Positions 14,104-27,718 are shown, numbered from the stretch's first letter. The stretch is DNA of 64,000 bases from Eledone cirrhosa (GCA_964016885.1 OZ024740.1:403496001-403560000); one strand, 5' to 3'. Program-made: numbers and translations. The notes: generated by a model from the letters alone, not told the origin.

Positions 14104-15441
14104 CTGAAAGAAAAAAAATATTTTTAAAAATTATTTCCATCACATACTGGAGGCACATGGCTTAGTGGTTAGAGCATTGGCCTTGCAATCGAAAGGTTGT
14201 GAGTTCAATTCTCAGACCGGGTGATGTGTTGTTTCCTTGAGCAAGACACTTTATTTCACATTGCTCCAGTTTACTCAGCTGTAGAAATGAGATGATAGGG
14301 ACTGGGGTCCCTATCATTCCACTGCAAAGTGGTTGTGGAGGTGCCACAGCAAAAAAGCACCCAGCACTCACTGTAAATGAGGTTGGTATTAGGAAGGGCA
14401 TCCAGCTGTAGAAATCAAGCCAGAATCAGTTCCCGTCCCACCCTTGCAAGCAGGGAAAAGCGGACATAAAATGAATGATGATGATGATGATGATGACTGT
14501 ACTGGAGTATCTTTTACTTCCTACTCCTTCAGTGCCAAAGAAGTACTGGTATACATTAGTGTAGTTTGTGAAGCATAGGTCAAGGTAAATTTGATGAAAA
14601 TATTTTTATTTTATTTTATTTTTAACAATGTTTTGAAAACTGCACAGGTTAGCATGTAATCCTGACCTGCACAATAAAATACCAAAAGCAGCACTGGCAC
14701 TGAATGAGTTAAGATAAAACAGGTAAATTAAACTATATCTACATAGAATAATGGCATTATAAAATATGTCTTTCTTCTATTCACCATCTTAGTAATGTTG
14801 TCTTGAATGAATGGAGACAATGCAGGATAGTGAGTACCCTTTAGTTTTGTGAGATCCAAGGCAAACTTACTAATACTGGTGCCATAAGAAAATGCACACA
14901 GTAAACTTATTGGTATGAGGAAGAGTATCCAGCCATAGTAACCGCCAAAAATGGAATGTATGAAAACCATGTTTCATCTAACCCATGCCAGCAGGATGAT
15001 AAATAGATGCTCTACTTTATGAGATTAAAAAGGTTGTAGTATATATATATAGTATGCACCACCCCCACTCCACCTTCCCATACATCTCTCATGAGGACAG
15101 TCTGTAGCATATATCCAGGGAAACCTTCAGCCCACACTGTAAAGTGGTCGTGATGGTGACATGGCAAAAAAGCAGCACCCAGCCCACACTGTAAAGTGGT
15201 TGTGTAGATGACACGACAAAAATTACCTAGCCCACACTGTAAAGTGGTTGTATAGGTGGCACAACAAAAATCACCCAGCCCACACTGTAAAGTGGTCATG
15301 TAGGGGTCAACAAAAAGCACCCAGCACACACTGTAAATGTGGTTGGTGTTAGGAAGGGCATCCAGCCAAACCAAGCCAGAAACAGTTCTGTGTGAGCAAG
15401 ACAGTCACCTGACCCAACTTGCCTCAAACATATATATATAT

Positions 15442-16718
15442 ATATTTGTTCGCAATTTTCAACTGCTAATTTTATTTACTTCGATTGTCACTCTTCATAA
15501 AAACAGTGACTATATTTCCATTATTTATTTTCAGAATAATTGATTATGAATAATTTTGAACCTCCAAATTTGTGGAAGAGACACAGAGTTCTTCTTGGAA
15601 TCCGCACCGGGAGGACAAATAAGGAAATTTTAGACTTTCTCAGCGTCAGCAGGAGAATGGTGGAAAAGGTCAGAAAGGAATTGGAAGATTCAGGATTCGA
15701 CTACGAAGCAACATCAGAGAGGAAAACACATGATCGACGATCTGACGCCTTCAGAACGCCCGAGTTCGTCGCTGAAGTTCAGGATATCATCAACAATGAA
15801 CCTAGCAAGTCGATGCGTGCCATTGCAAGGGAGAAAGGCGTGGATGAAAAGCTCATTAGGCTGGTGGTACATGAAGACATTCGCTACGTTTCATACAAGA
15901 TGAGGAAAGGACAATTTCTGCCAAAGGCGATGCAAGAAAAGCAACTGAAGCACACAAAGAAGCTGATCAACAAGTTGAAAAACCCACTGGAGCCAGACAT
16001 GCTGTGGTTTTTCTCCGACGAGAAAAACTTCTGCCAAGACCAGAAGATCAACTCCCAGAACAACAGGTGGCTCGCCGTCTCATCCAAAGACGTGCCCAGA
16101 GTCATGCAGACAAAGTTTCCAGTGACAATATTGGTCTTAGGTGTCGTCAGCAATCAAGGTGACGTCATGCCACCTCACTTCTTCCCTGAGGGCCTCAAGC
16201 TGAACACTAATGGCTACATCTGCGTTCTGAGCGAGGTAGTAAAGCCCTGGATCGACCAGGTAGCTGCAGGTAGGCCGTACGTGTGGCAGCAAGACTCAGC
16301 GCCCTGCCATACCAGCCGAAAGACCCAAGCCTGGCTGTCAGAGAACTTCGTCGACCACACTTCACCTGACATCTGGCATCCCAGCTCACCTGACTGCAAC
16401 CCCCTCGACTTCTTTGTGTGGGGCGCAGTGGAATGAGACACCAACAGATCTAGCTGCAATACGAAAGGTGATCTGAAGGCCAGGATCACAAGTGCCTTTA
16501 GGGGCCTAAGTCGGGGGACAGTGACGAAGACCTGTAGCCGGTTCCAAGGCTGCCTTGAGGCCGTCATCAAAGCCAATGGCGGGTTTATTGAGTGAGATCG
16601 AAAGAACAAGTCATGAAGACAAACTGACCCAAGTTTGATAAATATATCTTAAATATAAAACTACTGTGTTATTTTTTCCTAGACAGTAATCTTGCGAACT
16701 AATATCGTCCGCACCTTG
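15442..16718 (+). mobile_element. Tc1/mariner DD37D (maT-type) transposon in MRPS23 intron 4
   Basis: Transposase 15546-16595 (349 codons) with FSDEKNF, QQDSAPCH and SPDCNPLD; 37 residues between the second and third Asp. One premature TGA at 16434-16436. Right TIR ends ...gcaccttg|TA; left TIR is only partly retained (atatttgttcgcaa). Confidence 0.92.
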
Positions 16719-17770
16719 TATATATATGTATATAAAGAAAATAAGAAACTAACAAACAAGAGGATTCAACATAAAGTCATACTAGTTTCATGCTTAACAG
16801 AAAGAGAGTGAGTTACACACTCAACGTATCAGGTATTTGCCCTTCATCAGGAAAAATAGTGTGTAGAAAAAGACAGAATACGAAAGGAAAAACGCCAAGA
16901 AAATAAAAAAAAAGTTTAATTGGATTAAAAATAAAATAAAAGGGAGATGGGGGGAAGAGGAGTTGTGATCCATCGAGTGGGTGTGGGGGTTGAGTAAGGA
17001 TGCAGATGTGTAGTTGGTGGTTGTATATAGGTGGCGTGCATATTATGCTGTGCGTCTGAATGTGTGTACACAAGTGGTCGCATGCGCACACATGCATTTA
17101 TATGCACACAAATACAAACGTGTCCCCTGTGTATGCATTTGTGCATGTGTGTACGTATATGTTAGTATGTGTGGTTATTGGTGTGTATGAGTGGTTACAT
17201 GAATAGGTGTGTGTACGTGTATGTTAGTATGTGTGGTTATTGGTGTGTATGAGTGGTTACATGAATAGGTGTGTGTACGTGTATGTTAGTATGTGGTTAT
17301 TGGTGTGTATGAGTGGTGTGTAGGTGTGTGTGTGTGTGTGTACTGACAGGGTGGGGTGAGTTTTTGTGTCTAGCAGGCTCAAGAAGGTAATTCCAAAGTA
17401 TATGGTGGCTGTGTGTCAAGTGTAAGAGAATGGAATTGTAGGTGAGTGGTAGCTACAGGAAGTGTGTATGTGTGTGGGCGATGGTGGCTGCGGAGTTGTA
17501 GGGAGGACAAAATGGTGGGGGTGTTATGGTCAGTAGTCAAATAGAAGATGTATGTATGTGTATGCATATATATATCCGTATGAGCAAGACAAGGTCAGGC
17601 AACTGGACATTGCCTACAACAGGACAACCCGTCTAACCCATGCTAGCATGGAAGAACGGACGTAAAACAGTGATAATGATATACATGGTGCATAAGCCAT
17701 CTGAGGGCATACATTTTTTTGGTTATTGCTGCATTTTACTAAACTTTATATCATCTTTTTTTCAGAAAAC

Positions 17771-17952
17771 AATAATTGTTTCTACTTTAGGCACAAGGCC
17801 AGCAATTACCCAGTGCATTACTGGTACTTTATTTTATCGACCCCGTAAGGATGAAAGGCAAAGTCAACCTCGGCAGGATTTGAACTCAGATCGTAAAGGG
17901 ACGTAACTAGGCTGGAAAGCATGGCGTCCGACCCTCTACTGATACTGCCAAT
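17771..17952 (-). mobile_element. tRNA-derived SINE family 1 (~185 bp)
   Basis: A-box-like TGGCAGTATC..TAGAG, B-box GAGTTCAAATCC, central GCCTTTCATCCTTACGGGGTCGATAAAATAAAGTACC (resembles the Meta-SINE domain) and an AACAATTAT tail. 20-bp TSD ttttttcagaaaacaataat. Other minus-strand copies at about 4180-4367, 5629-5812, 5986-6090, 60500-60656 and 62305-62470. Confidence 0.85.
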
Positions 17953-18971
17953 TTTTTCAGAAAACAATAATGGCAGACACTCAGCTAACTTACGAAATTA
18001 ATAGACATGCTGTAATTGTGGCTTTAAAAGCTGAGCGTAGCGATTTAGAGATATCTCGATTTTTAAAAGTTACCAGATCTTTCATCTACAAAGTTTGTAA
18101 AGAGTTAGAAACTGAAGATGGAAACATCAACAGCATCAGAGCATAAAAAAGCATTCCTAACACTCTGACATCATCAGAACACCTGTATTTATCCAGCAAG
18201 TTCAGCAGACCATTGATGACATTCCCAGAAAATCTATGAGGTCACTTGCAAAAGATTTCCATGTGTCAGAAGGAACAATAAGAAATGTTGTCCATGGTTA
18301 TAAGTCTTATGTGATGAAGGTCAATTTATGTCAGAAAAAAACAAAAGAAAATTGCTTAATTAGATCTAAAAGGTTCTTAAATAAACTTAAAAACCCAGCA
18401 GAAGATATGTGATTTGGTTTTTCTCAAACAAGAAAAACTTTGATCAAGATCAGAAATTTAACAAAAGAAATGACAGATGGTTATGTGCAGACCCTTCTGA
18501 AGTTCCAACAGTTATGTACACAAAATTTCATGCAACTGTCATGGTTTTGGGGATTGTCAGCAATGAAGGACTTCTTTCCACAAGGCCTTAGAGTTAATTC
18601 TGCCGCCTACATTGAGGTCCTGGAAATAGTTGTTACGCCCTGGATAGACAGTGAATGTCGTGGAAGGCCTTATGTGCTTCAGAAAGACACTGCACCATCA
18701 CACAAAGCTTAAGTAATGCAGGAATATATGGCTGAACAATTTTCAGGATCACATAACCCCTGACAGTTGGCCTCCTAACTCCCCAGATCTCAATCCATTG
18801 GACTACATGTAAAGTGTTGTTCAGCAGAGTAATGTCCAATATGATCAAGGACAATTTAATTCGAGCATGTAGATGATTTTTATCTTGCATAGAAGCAGTT
18901 ATTGAATTGAATAAAATTATAAAAAGGGTGATTTATTTTTATACTTATAGCATTTTTTCAATAATTAAGTT

Positions 18972-20707
18972 CATCATCATCATCCTCATCATCACCGTTT
19001 TACGTCCGTTCTTCCACGCTAGCATGGGTTAGATGGGTTGTCCTGTTGTGGGCGGTGTCTGGTCGGCTGACCATGCCTTGCTCATACAGGAACTGATTTG
19101 GCTTGATTTCTACAGCTGGATGCCCTTCCTAACACCAACCTCATTTACAGTGAGTGCTGGGTGCTTTTTCGTGGCGCCTACACGTCCACTTTACAGTGTC
19201 GGCTGGGTGCTTTTTTGCCGTGGCACCTCCACGACCACCTTGCGGTGGGGGGTGTGGGGGCATATTGTCTATATGCTTCAGCTTGTACCCATGGGAGGTC
19301 GGGTACTCTGTATTACTGCGTGACGCCAGAAGTCACGGTCGTGTGTCATTGTCTTTGAGGGATGTAATTGGGTAAGGTCGGCTTTTATCACCTCATGCCA
19401 GGTCATCTTGGGTCTCCCCACTCCGCGGTTTCCATCAACTTCTAGTGCTCTGCACCTTTTTATGCAGCTGTCATCCTTCATACGCATCACCTGTCCATAC
19501 CAGCGCAACCGCCTCTCCTGCACACAGCATTTGATTCTTCTTATGCTCAGTCTCTCTCTCAATTCATTTATGCTTTGTCGTTCACGTATATTACTGTTAC
19601 ACATCCATCGGAGTATGCAGGCTTCGTTTCTCTCTAATCTACGTAAGTCTTCCACCTTCAGCGCCCAGGTCTCACAACCATACAACATCGTTGTTCGGAT
19701 ACACGCATCATATAGTCTGCCTTTCATTCTGAGGGAGAAGCCTTTTGCAGCTAGCAGTGGTAGTAGTTCCCTAAACTTCTTCCATCCCGTTCTTACCCTA
19801 GTTATTGTACTTTCTGAACACCCACCTCCGCTGCTAATTCGGTCACCTAGGTAGCAGAAGCTGTCTACTGTTTCTACAGAGCCCTCCCAGAGATTGGTGG
19901 TACTTGTCTCCTGTGGCTGTTTGCTGCTTGCTGTCCCAGCACAGCTGCTGCATGTGAAGCCTACATTCTTAATTAAGCTTCCTGAGATCCCGCTACATCT
20001 CTTGTGTACCCACTGTTTGTATTTGGGGCAGAGAATGGAGTTCCTACCTACACCTTTCCTACATACTGAGCAAGGCCATTTCCCTGAGGGGATCTGGGTT
20101 CTGTTTTCTCGTCTATTTACAAGGACCTTAGTCTTTGTCATGTTGACTTTAAGACCCTTTCTTTCTAGTCCCTGCTTCAAAGTTTGGAATTTATTCTCTA
20201 GTTCTACCATAGATTCAGCTATAAGTGCGAGGTCATCAGCATACAGGAGTTCCCATGGGCATCTGGTCTTAAACTCCTCCGTTATTGCCTGCAGGACTGT
20301 GATGAACAGGAGGGGGCTAAGAACAGAGCCCTGGTGGACCCCAACCTGTACGCTAAATTCCTCGCTATACTCATTGCTAATCCTAATTTTGCTGACTGCT
20401 CCCCTATACATGGCTTGTACCGCTTTCACAAGCCATTCATCTACTCCTAGTTTTCTAAGAGCCCACCAGATTACAGCACGTGGAACTCTGTCAAAGGCTT
20501 TCTCAAGGTCGACAAATGCCAAGTAGAGTGGCTTACTTTTAGCTAGGTACTTTTCCTGTAGCTGCCTCACAAGGAAGAGGGCATCAGTAGTGCCTCTTCC
20601 TGGTACAAACCCAAATTGCATCTCATCTATTTTCACCCGGTCCCTAATCAACTGTGCTATAACTCTTTCTGTTACTTTCATGACCTGGTCCATTAGCTTT
20701 ATACCTC
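18972..20707 (-). mobile_element. 5'-truncated RTE LINE with uninterrupted RT frame
   Basis: ORF 19278-20693 (471 aa) with QFGF, DLEKAFDRV, HQGSVLSP, YADD and the Cys/His finger. 3' UTR ends in (GAT)n at 18972. taagtt target-site duplication at 18966-18971 and 20708-20713. Confidence 0.93.
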
Positions 20708-20960
20708 TAAGTTATTATTTGTTATTATATATGTTTTTCTATAAACATAAATCTGTCCTCAAATACTTTACACACCCTATATATGTGAGTGGAGTGTCTA
20801 TCCATGTTTGTGTACTGTAATTCTTAATGGTTCAACAAAGAAGAGATTGAAAAAATAAGTACCAGAGTCAATATGACTCACTAAATCCAGACAATGGCTC
20901 AGTATAACTGCAGTCTACTGACTGAATCAAGTAATAGAAAACAAACTTGTATGTTTATAC

Positions 20961-21081
20961 CTTTTCAGCAAGGGTTCTGAGTCTAATTCCTTGTTCTTTA
21001 AGAATATCAATAGCCTTCTGGAATATTTCATTGTCAGGAATATCTTCTTTATTTTGAATTTCAAAGTAATTTTCAATTAAC
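20961..21081 (-). CDS. MRPS23: MRPS23 coding exon 4
   Basis: tag acceptor, 121 nt, gtataa donor (phase 0). Translates (K)LIENYFEIQNKEDIPDNEIFQKAIDILKEQGIRLRTLAEK, similar to the ...LLAEGVILRR end of the conserved domain. Confidence 0.88.
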
Positions 21082-21887
21082 CTAAAATAGGAAAACAAAT
21101 ATCAGGTTTAAAAAATTAACTGTCCTTGATTTGAAAATAATGCAAATTGTTGTTTCATTCCAGTACAGGGCTGGTGCCACAGACCAGTAAAGTGTACTAG
21201 CTGAATAGGTTCCTTAGTAGAGGTTTACCACAAAATAGCAAACAGGCCTAAACCCATAAGTAACACCTCAAACTGTACATCTTATTCTTTGTTTGTTTGA
21301 GCTTATCAAATAATAGGATTTCATAATTATATGATGATGATGATGATTATTATTATATTATATTGGCTTTCCATACTATCACTAGTTGGATGGTTTGTCA
21401 CCATCTGAGTCAGTTCTTATTCAGAATCACTGCCCTCCTATGGATTAGAGGACCACATCTTGCTGTATTGCTGTCGCCCACTTATTTGCCACCTACTTTA
21501 TAGAGTGCCCTATATTGTGGGATTAACATTAGTGTAGTATGTTAACAGACTATTGGAGCAAGGTTAAAAGCTGAAAATTTAGAGGTAGATAAATTTGACA
21601 AAAATACTTATTATAATAGATCAACTTTTGAGTATTAAATTACAGGTTTTTATTATTGATTCATAGTTTAAAATGTTTAAAAAAACATTGTTTATAATAG
21701 TTTCAAGAATTTTTCTTTTCATTTATTTTCTTATATGATAAAGCTAAAAATATTGATCTCAAGTTTGAGTGGGAGTAGTAGAGCAGGAGATAAAACAATA
21801 ACATCTTTGTGATATGGAAGAAATCCTGTTACACTTTGGAAACTTATCAAAACTACAATAAAATCACTTTAATAATATCATACATAC

Positions 21888-21962
21888 TTTTGACATGTTG
21901 TCTTCATGTGTTCATTTGTTAAATCTACAACATCAGGATTACCATAAAGTTTATAAAACCTC
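21888..21962 (-). CDS. MRPS23: MRPS23 coding exon 3
   Basis: tag acceptor, 75 nt, gtatgt donor. Translates (A)RFYKLYGNPDVVDLTNEHMKTTCQ(K), matching the FYxxYG...TCQ segment. Phase 2 at both ends. Confidence 0.92.
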
Positions 21963-23078
21963 CTACAAAACAGAAAAATAAAATTTAAACATGAGAAGAA
22001 ATTAAATGAAAGGATTTTCTGTTCTGATTTGTGGAAGTGTGGGAAATAGACGTTAAACGATAAGGAGGAGGAGTGATCAATCAACTGCTTAAAAGTGACT
22101 CATAAACACAACAAAGTAGGTAAGGATAAAGTCTTAAATTTAGACGGTTACATTATAAGTATATTAAAACTGAAGCCAATTTTAGTAAGAAATAAACTCT
22201 ATTGGAAAGTTCACTAATTACATTGCATAAAATAGCACTTAACAATCATTTTATATTTATCTTTTAAAATGTTATATATGTATCTGGGTTAGAAGAGCTA
22301 CACCATATCTGTATGTTGTAAGAGGTGATAAAAAGGGTTGAAAAACATTGTTTCAAAATGGACTCTGTGATGAAACCAACCAAGGGGCCCATAAGGTCAA
22401 CCATTGTTTTTGTAGGTGAAAATGGAAAATGGCCTTAAAATGCTTGTTGTTGAAGTCATCTAATTGATCTACTAACATAAACATTAGCAAATGGTTCCAG
22501 CATCTAGGGCAGTGCAGATTTATTTGACTGTTATGTTAACAAGTACAGTACATCATTATCATCATCATCACTGTTAAACGTCTATTTTCTATGGTTGCAT
22601 GGGTTAGATGGGTTGTGACGTTCTGAAGCAAGACTGGTCAAATGATCACACCATGCTCATACATCCCATATGGCTTAGTTTCTAACAACACTACCACGTT
22701 ACAGAGTTGACTAGGTGTTTTTCATCATGACATCGGCACTACCACTTTACAAAGTGGGCTGGGTGTGTTTTATTGTGGCACCAGCATGGCTACTTTACTG
22801 AGTAGCCTAAATGTATTTTATTGTGGCAACCAAAGTATACTAAGTTAATTTACCTGGTTTAGTTTCTTGGGAAATACACTAATGACACTGTAGAGAATAC
22901 TGTCAGTGAAGGCCCTCTCATCTTCATGTTGTAGACTTCTTTTCCAGCCATCCATTCCTAATATAAATTGCCCCACTGACTTGTGACAAAGTTATTGATG
23001 GTTCAGATGTAGTATATAAGTCATTACAAGGACAAATAAGGAAATGGTAAGAGAATTATTATTATTAAATATACTTAC

Positions 23079-23240
23079 GCTCTGACAATGTCTTCTGGAT
23101 AAAGCAGGTCTGGTACTGTTTGAGAGACTACCTTCCTTTCATATCTTGGTGCAACATGAGGTGGAAATGTTTTATAAATATCAAACCATATAGGCTTATT
23201 TTCTTCTTTAATTGCTTTGGATCTAAGTAAACCATTAACT
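23079..23240 (-). CDS. MRPS23: MRPS23 coding exon 2
   Basis: cag acceptor, 162 nt, gtaagt donor. Translates (R)VNGLLRSKAIKEENKPIWFDIYKTFPPHVAPRYERKVVSQTVPDLLYPEDIVR(A), containing the KPxWFDxYxxFPP and YxEDxxRA motifs. Confidence 0.93.
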
Positions 23241-24636
23241 CTGTATGTGGTTATAAAGAGAAATAATGTGAGACATGTTTAAGTAATACATTCTTTTTTG
23301 TTTGTATATGTTTATTTGCAAACTAAGAGTTATGAAAATAACTAACATCGCATGAAACTGTTGCCTGAGTTCCACAGCACTTAAGAAATGGTTTTAAATA
23401 CATTCATTCACTCATTCAATTCAATAATATATTACTGTGTCAAAAGACATCACAACCTCCTAGTGGTGGTTGGTGACCTGTAAGATAAATACACCCAATA
23501 CACTCTGTAAAGTGGTTGGTGATAAGACAGGGCATCCAGCTGTAGCAAAGCCACCAACGGGTCAGGACTCTTTAGTGGCATCAAAAACATGACAACCTCA
23601 CATGATAAAATGCACTAGGTAGAGCACAGGATTATATGTGAGATGCAACCCCTTCCTCTCAGCCCATCTGAAAGGTCAGTAGCTTTGTTTGAGTACTCAC
23701 TTGGCCTGTCATACCTGTCTAGCCCTTGCTAACTAGGAAACGAATGTTAAATGATGATAATAAATGCAGAGTAAGCAACTGGCAGACAAAATGCTTTACT
23801 GTATTTAGTTCTTGCATTATGTCCCAAGTTCAAAATGCGCCAAAGTTAACATTGCCTTTTATCCTTCTATAGCTGATAAAATCAATACCAGTCAAGTAGT
23901 GGAATCAATCTAATCTGCATCCCTTCTTCAACATGTAAGACCTTATGATTATATAAAAATATAATTCTTGAGAGATAGAAAGTTAACATTTTAAAATTAA
24001 TAAGAAGCAATAACCTTAGACCAGAAACATGGCTAGATGATGGAAAACAAAACCAAGGGCTAGAATCTGATGTTAAACCGTACCGGCTATATAACAAAAC
24101 AAAACAATCCACTTATCTAGCTGTAAAGTGTTATATAGCCGAGCCAACTGATCTGCTACAAATAACTGGCAAACCTCCTTCAAATCACACTTTACTGTCT
24201 TTAAAAAAAAGAGGACACAAGGACATAGGATAATGCAGGTCTAGATCAGAATTTCCCGAAGGGCTGACCTCGACCTAAACAACAATAGTTATATCGCAAC
24301 AATGACGGAGTCGTAATATGATTGTTTTACCAGCTAGGGAGAAAAAGAAAAAGAAATGGCTCTCAATTCAAACGCTTCCATTCTCATAAAACAAATGTAC
24401 TCCTATACACATTATGCTTGGAAATAAGATAGGATGGTCATATCTGGAACGTTTTTGATTTTAGGTCTGCTCAATCGTGGCTGACCCAGAGACTAAACAA
24501 AAGTTTTGATGTATTTTAGTAATATCTATTATTTATCATACTACGATGAGATATCATGCCTAAAGAAAATAAAAATCTACCTACTGGCATACATCTAAAA
24601 CCCTTAATAAAATACAATGTGCATCACTAATATTAC

Positions 24637-24680
24637 CTGCTAAAGATGGTACCAACTTTTTCAAGTCTGCTTCCTGCCAT
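24637..24680 (-). CDS. MRPS23: Mitochondrial ribosomal protein S23 (mS23), coding exon 1
   Basis: ATG at 24680 gives MAGSRLEKVGTIFS(R), the recognisable MRPS23 N-terminus. 44 nt, followed by donor gtaata (phase 2). Confidence 0.93.
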
Positions 24681-25256
24681 TTTAAAATCCAAGGTGACCA
24701 GATCGCTTACAAACAAAATAAGTCAAGAACATTGTCATAATGTCAAAATTCGGTAACATTATTTTATGGTAATACATATATTTTTCTTTTTTTACGAACT
24801 AAAATTTTAACTGCATAAACATCGATACAACTAAATAATCAGATGTGTATATAAGTGAATGTATAAATATGCGTTGTTGCAAGCGGCAAACTTGTACATT
24901 AAGGGAAAGAAATCGTGTTGGCTGAAATTTACTTCTCCTGAGCTATGTTCAAGCATTTGCGTGATCGTCTAAGCTTCTACAAATAGCAGCCACATCTCTC
25001 TGATTCCACGCTCAATTGTGTCAGAAAATGTATTGCGTCCCCCAAAAAACAAACAAAAAAGATAAAGATGGATTGTTTATGTTTACGATGATTTAAACCC
25101 CGTTTAGCCCGACAACTCTGGAGTTGTCGGGCTGAACGCGGTTTAAATAAAAACATGTGCGGCCAATTGTCGCACTTGGTGGTGAATTGCTCCCCCTTTT
25201 TTCTTCTTTAATATGTTTTTTTAAATCTCTATATTTGTGTCTATCAACGACATTTT

Positions 25257-26000
25257 GGCAGTATCGGAAGGGCGTCAGACACCATACTCTACAGCATAGA
25301 TTTATGGCCCTGTACCTTCTGAGTTCAAATCCCACCGAGGTTAACTTTGACTTTCATCCTTACGGGGTTGATAAAATAAAGTACAAGTAATGCACTGAGG
25401 TAATTGCTGGCCTTGCGCCAAAAGTAGAAACAATTATATTTGTAATGGCAGTATCGGTAGAGCGTCAGACACTATGCTTTGCAGCATAGAGTTATGGCCT
25501 TTTACGTTCTGAGTTCAAATCCCATTGATGTTAGATTTACCTTTCATCCTTACGGGGTCGATAAAATAAAGCACCAGAAATGCCGATGGTCATCTCCGTC
25601 CCCCACCGCTATGGGTTCGACGATAAACCTATCGGAGAGTGGCCGGCGTTTTGTCAGTCTGCTTACCATCTTCAGTTTGTCGGGTAACGGTGTTTGGTTT
25701 TGAGCAGGTTGCTGCTCGAAAAAGAATCGCTTTACATAACATCCTGGATAAAAGGTGTACCACCTTAGAAGGTTTAATAAAAAAAAAACACACACACATT
25801 GGATATTTTTCTGAGTGCATGTGGGAGTATCGGTAGAGGGTCGGACACAATGCTTTCCAGCATAGTTACGTCCCTTTACGGTCTGAGTTCAAATCCCGCC
25901 AAGGTTAACTTTGCCTTTCATCCTTACGAGGTCGATAAAATAAAGTACCAGTAATACACTGGATAATTGCTGGCCTTGTGCCAAAAGTAGAAACAATTAT
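25257..26000 (+). mobile_element. Cluster of three SINE family 1 copies upstream of MRPS23
   Basis: Copies at about 25257-25437, 25447-25578 (3'-truncated) and 25823-26000 share the consensus described for 17771-17952. Confidence 0.85.
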
Positions 26001-27338
26001 GTCTGGCGAAAGGCGGGAATGGTGATGGCTGGTATCTCTGTTCCGTCAGGGATGATCTGAGTTAAAACAACAACAAATTCTTTATTACAAACCAGCGAGG
26101 TATCTCCTATGTAGTTGCTCTACATGCTAGAAATACTAGCTAGATTTTTAAGTCATACGCGACCCTCTTAAAAAAATAAAAACCGAAACGACACATTAGG
26201 TTAGGTGGCCCTCGATAACCATAGAAAGATAGTGTTTCCTGATCAGTTTCCACGTTGGTTTGTAATACACTGTAATGGTCTCAAATACAGTTTCCAGTCT
26301 TTAACATTTTTGAAACACGAATAAAAATATGGATAAGGTTGCGACACCTTCATCAGAAAATAAAATGAACCGTCCTACCAAAAACAAAAACAAAAACAGA
26401 GTTTGCTCCCCTTTATCATAATGTAATAAAGTGATTATGTCCCTTGCAATGTGTTATCTAAGCAAGTGTTTCAAGATCATTTATAAATACCTTCGTAAAC
26501 ATTAGGATCATATTCGGTGTTGGTAACATTAGTGCAAACGTTTATGTTGAGATAGCAAATGATACCATATATCCTATAACAAATACAGTATTTGATATAG
26601 TGTTAAGGGACACCCAGCATCTATGAATGTATGTTTGCGTGAACATGTGTATATCTTCTTCTTCTTCTTCCATTTATCTCTGAGAAAGTCGTGGAGGTAG
26701 AGCCCTGACACGCTTTCAAGAGGGTTTCATCAGAGGCAAACCTTCTCCAAATGATCCTGATAGATCCCCACTCGAGACCAACCGCGCTTATTCAAATATT
26801 TTGCTCGTGCTCTTCGTCTGGGTCTCATGTCGGTTGGCTTTGACAGTAAAATCTGTCAAGCAGTTCTTTCTGCAGACATTCTAACAACGTCCGCAGTACC
26901 GGAACTGTGTTCTCCGAGCTACGCGCCCTGTCGATTAACGTTACACCAAATATCCTTCGGAGGAACCCTATTTCGGCCACTTGTATTCATGATCTCAAAG
27001 CGGTCTCTTGGTACCCAATTATTGCCCTTTAGAAGATTTAAGCTTATTTGACACCAAACTGCCTGAAAGCACTCCTAGTTTTATAATACAAAACCATTTA
27101 TTTTACAATGTTTATATCTATCTAAAAGGAAATTCCAGCATAATTTTATGTAAGAGTCTTTAAGTTACATAGGAACCAACTGCTTTAAGATGTACCATAA
27201 ACCCCTCCAAATTATTGTTCATTCTCAACATTATTCGAAAAGATGGCATGAGGTTTCATACCATCAAATACGCAAATACGCAAAATTCCATTCCCTTCTT
27301 CTGGTACTTTTCCCAACATATCGCTAATGTGTATGTAT

Positions 27339-27718
27339 TTGGCAGTATCGGTAGAGGGTCGGACGCCATGCTTTCCAGCATAGTTACGTCCCTTTACGAT
27401 CTGAGTTCAAATCCCGCCGAGGTTGACTTTGCCTTTCATCCTTACGGGGTCGATAAAATAAAGTACCAGTAATGCACTGGGTAATTGCTGGCCTTGTGCC
27501 TAAAGTAGAAACAATTATATACAAGAAATGGCGGTGGATTGGCAGTATCGGTAGAGGGTCGGACGCAATGCTTTCCAGCATAGTTACGTTCCTTTACGAT
27601 CTGAGTTCAAATCCCGCCGAGGTTGACTTTGCCTTTCATCCTTACGGGGTAGATAAAATAAAGTACCAGTAATGCACTGTGTAATTGCTGGCCTTGTGCC
27701 TAAAGTAGAAACAATTAT
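27339..27718 (+). mobile_element. Tandem pair of near-identical SINE family 1 copies
   Basis: 27339-27518 and 27531-27718. The second is flanked by attatatacaa repeats, i.e. it inserted at the tail of the first. Further plus-strand copies at about 30572-30757, 38185-38363, 46075-46262 and 59717-59902. Confidence 0.88.

Larger units (their letters stand above)
17684..20779 (+). mobile_element. Older decayed maT/mariner copy hosting a SINE and an RTE
   Basis: Frameshifted transposase remnants (IWFFSNKKNFDQDQKFNKRNDRWL, RPYVLQKDTAPSH, WPPNSPDLNPLDY) at 17970-18910. Degenerate TIRs (about 18/28 identity) at 17684 and 20779, flanked by TA. Confidence 0.75.

Noticed and set aside
15120-15345. Regularly spaced cccacactgtaaagtggt repeats that superficially resemble a CRISPR array
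   Set aside because: The spacers resemble each other and the motif is part of the RTE 3' UTR seen at 13380 and 19140; eukaryotic context with no cas genes.
16780-16860. Minus-strand CTGATGA-AGG..CCT-GATAC
   Set aside because: The GAAA box is mutated and there is no convincing stem I; at most a decayed remnant.
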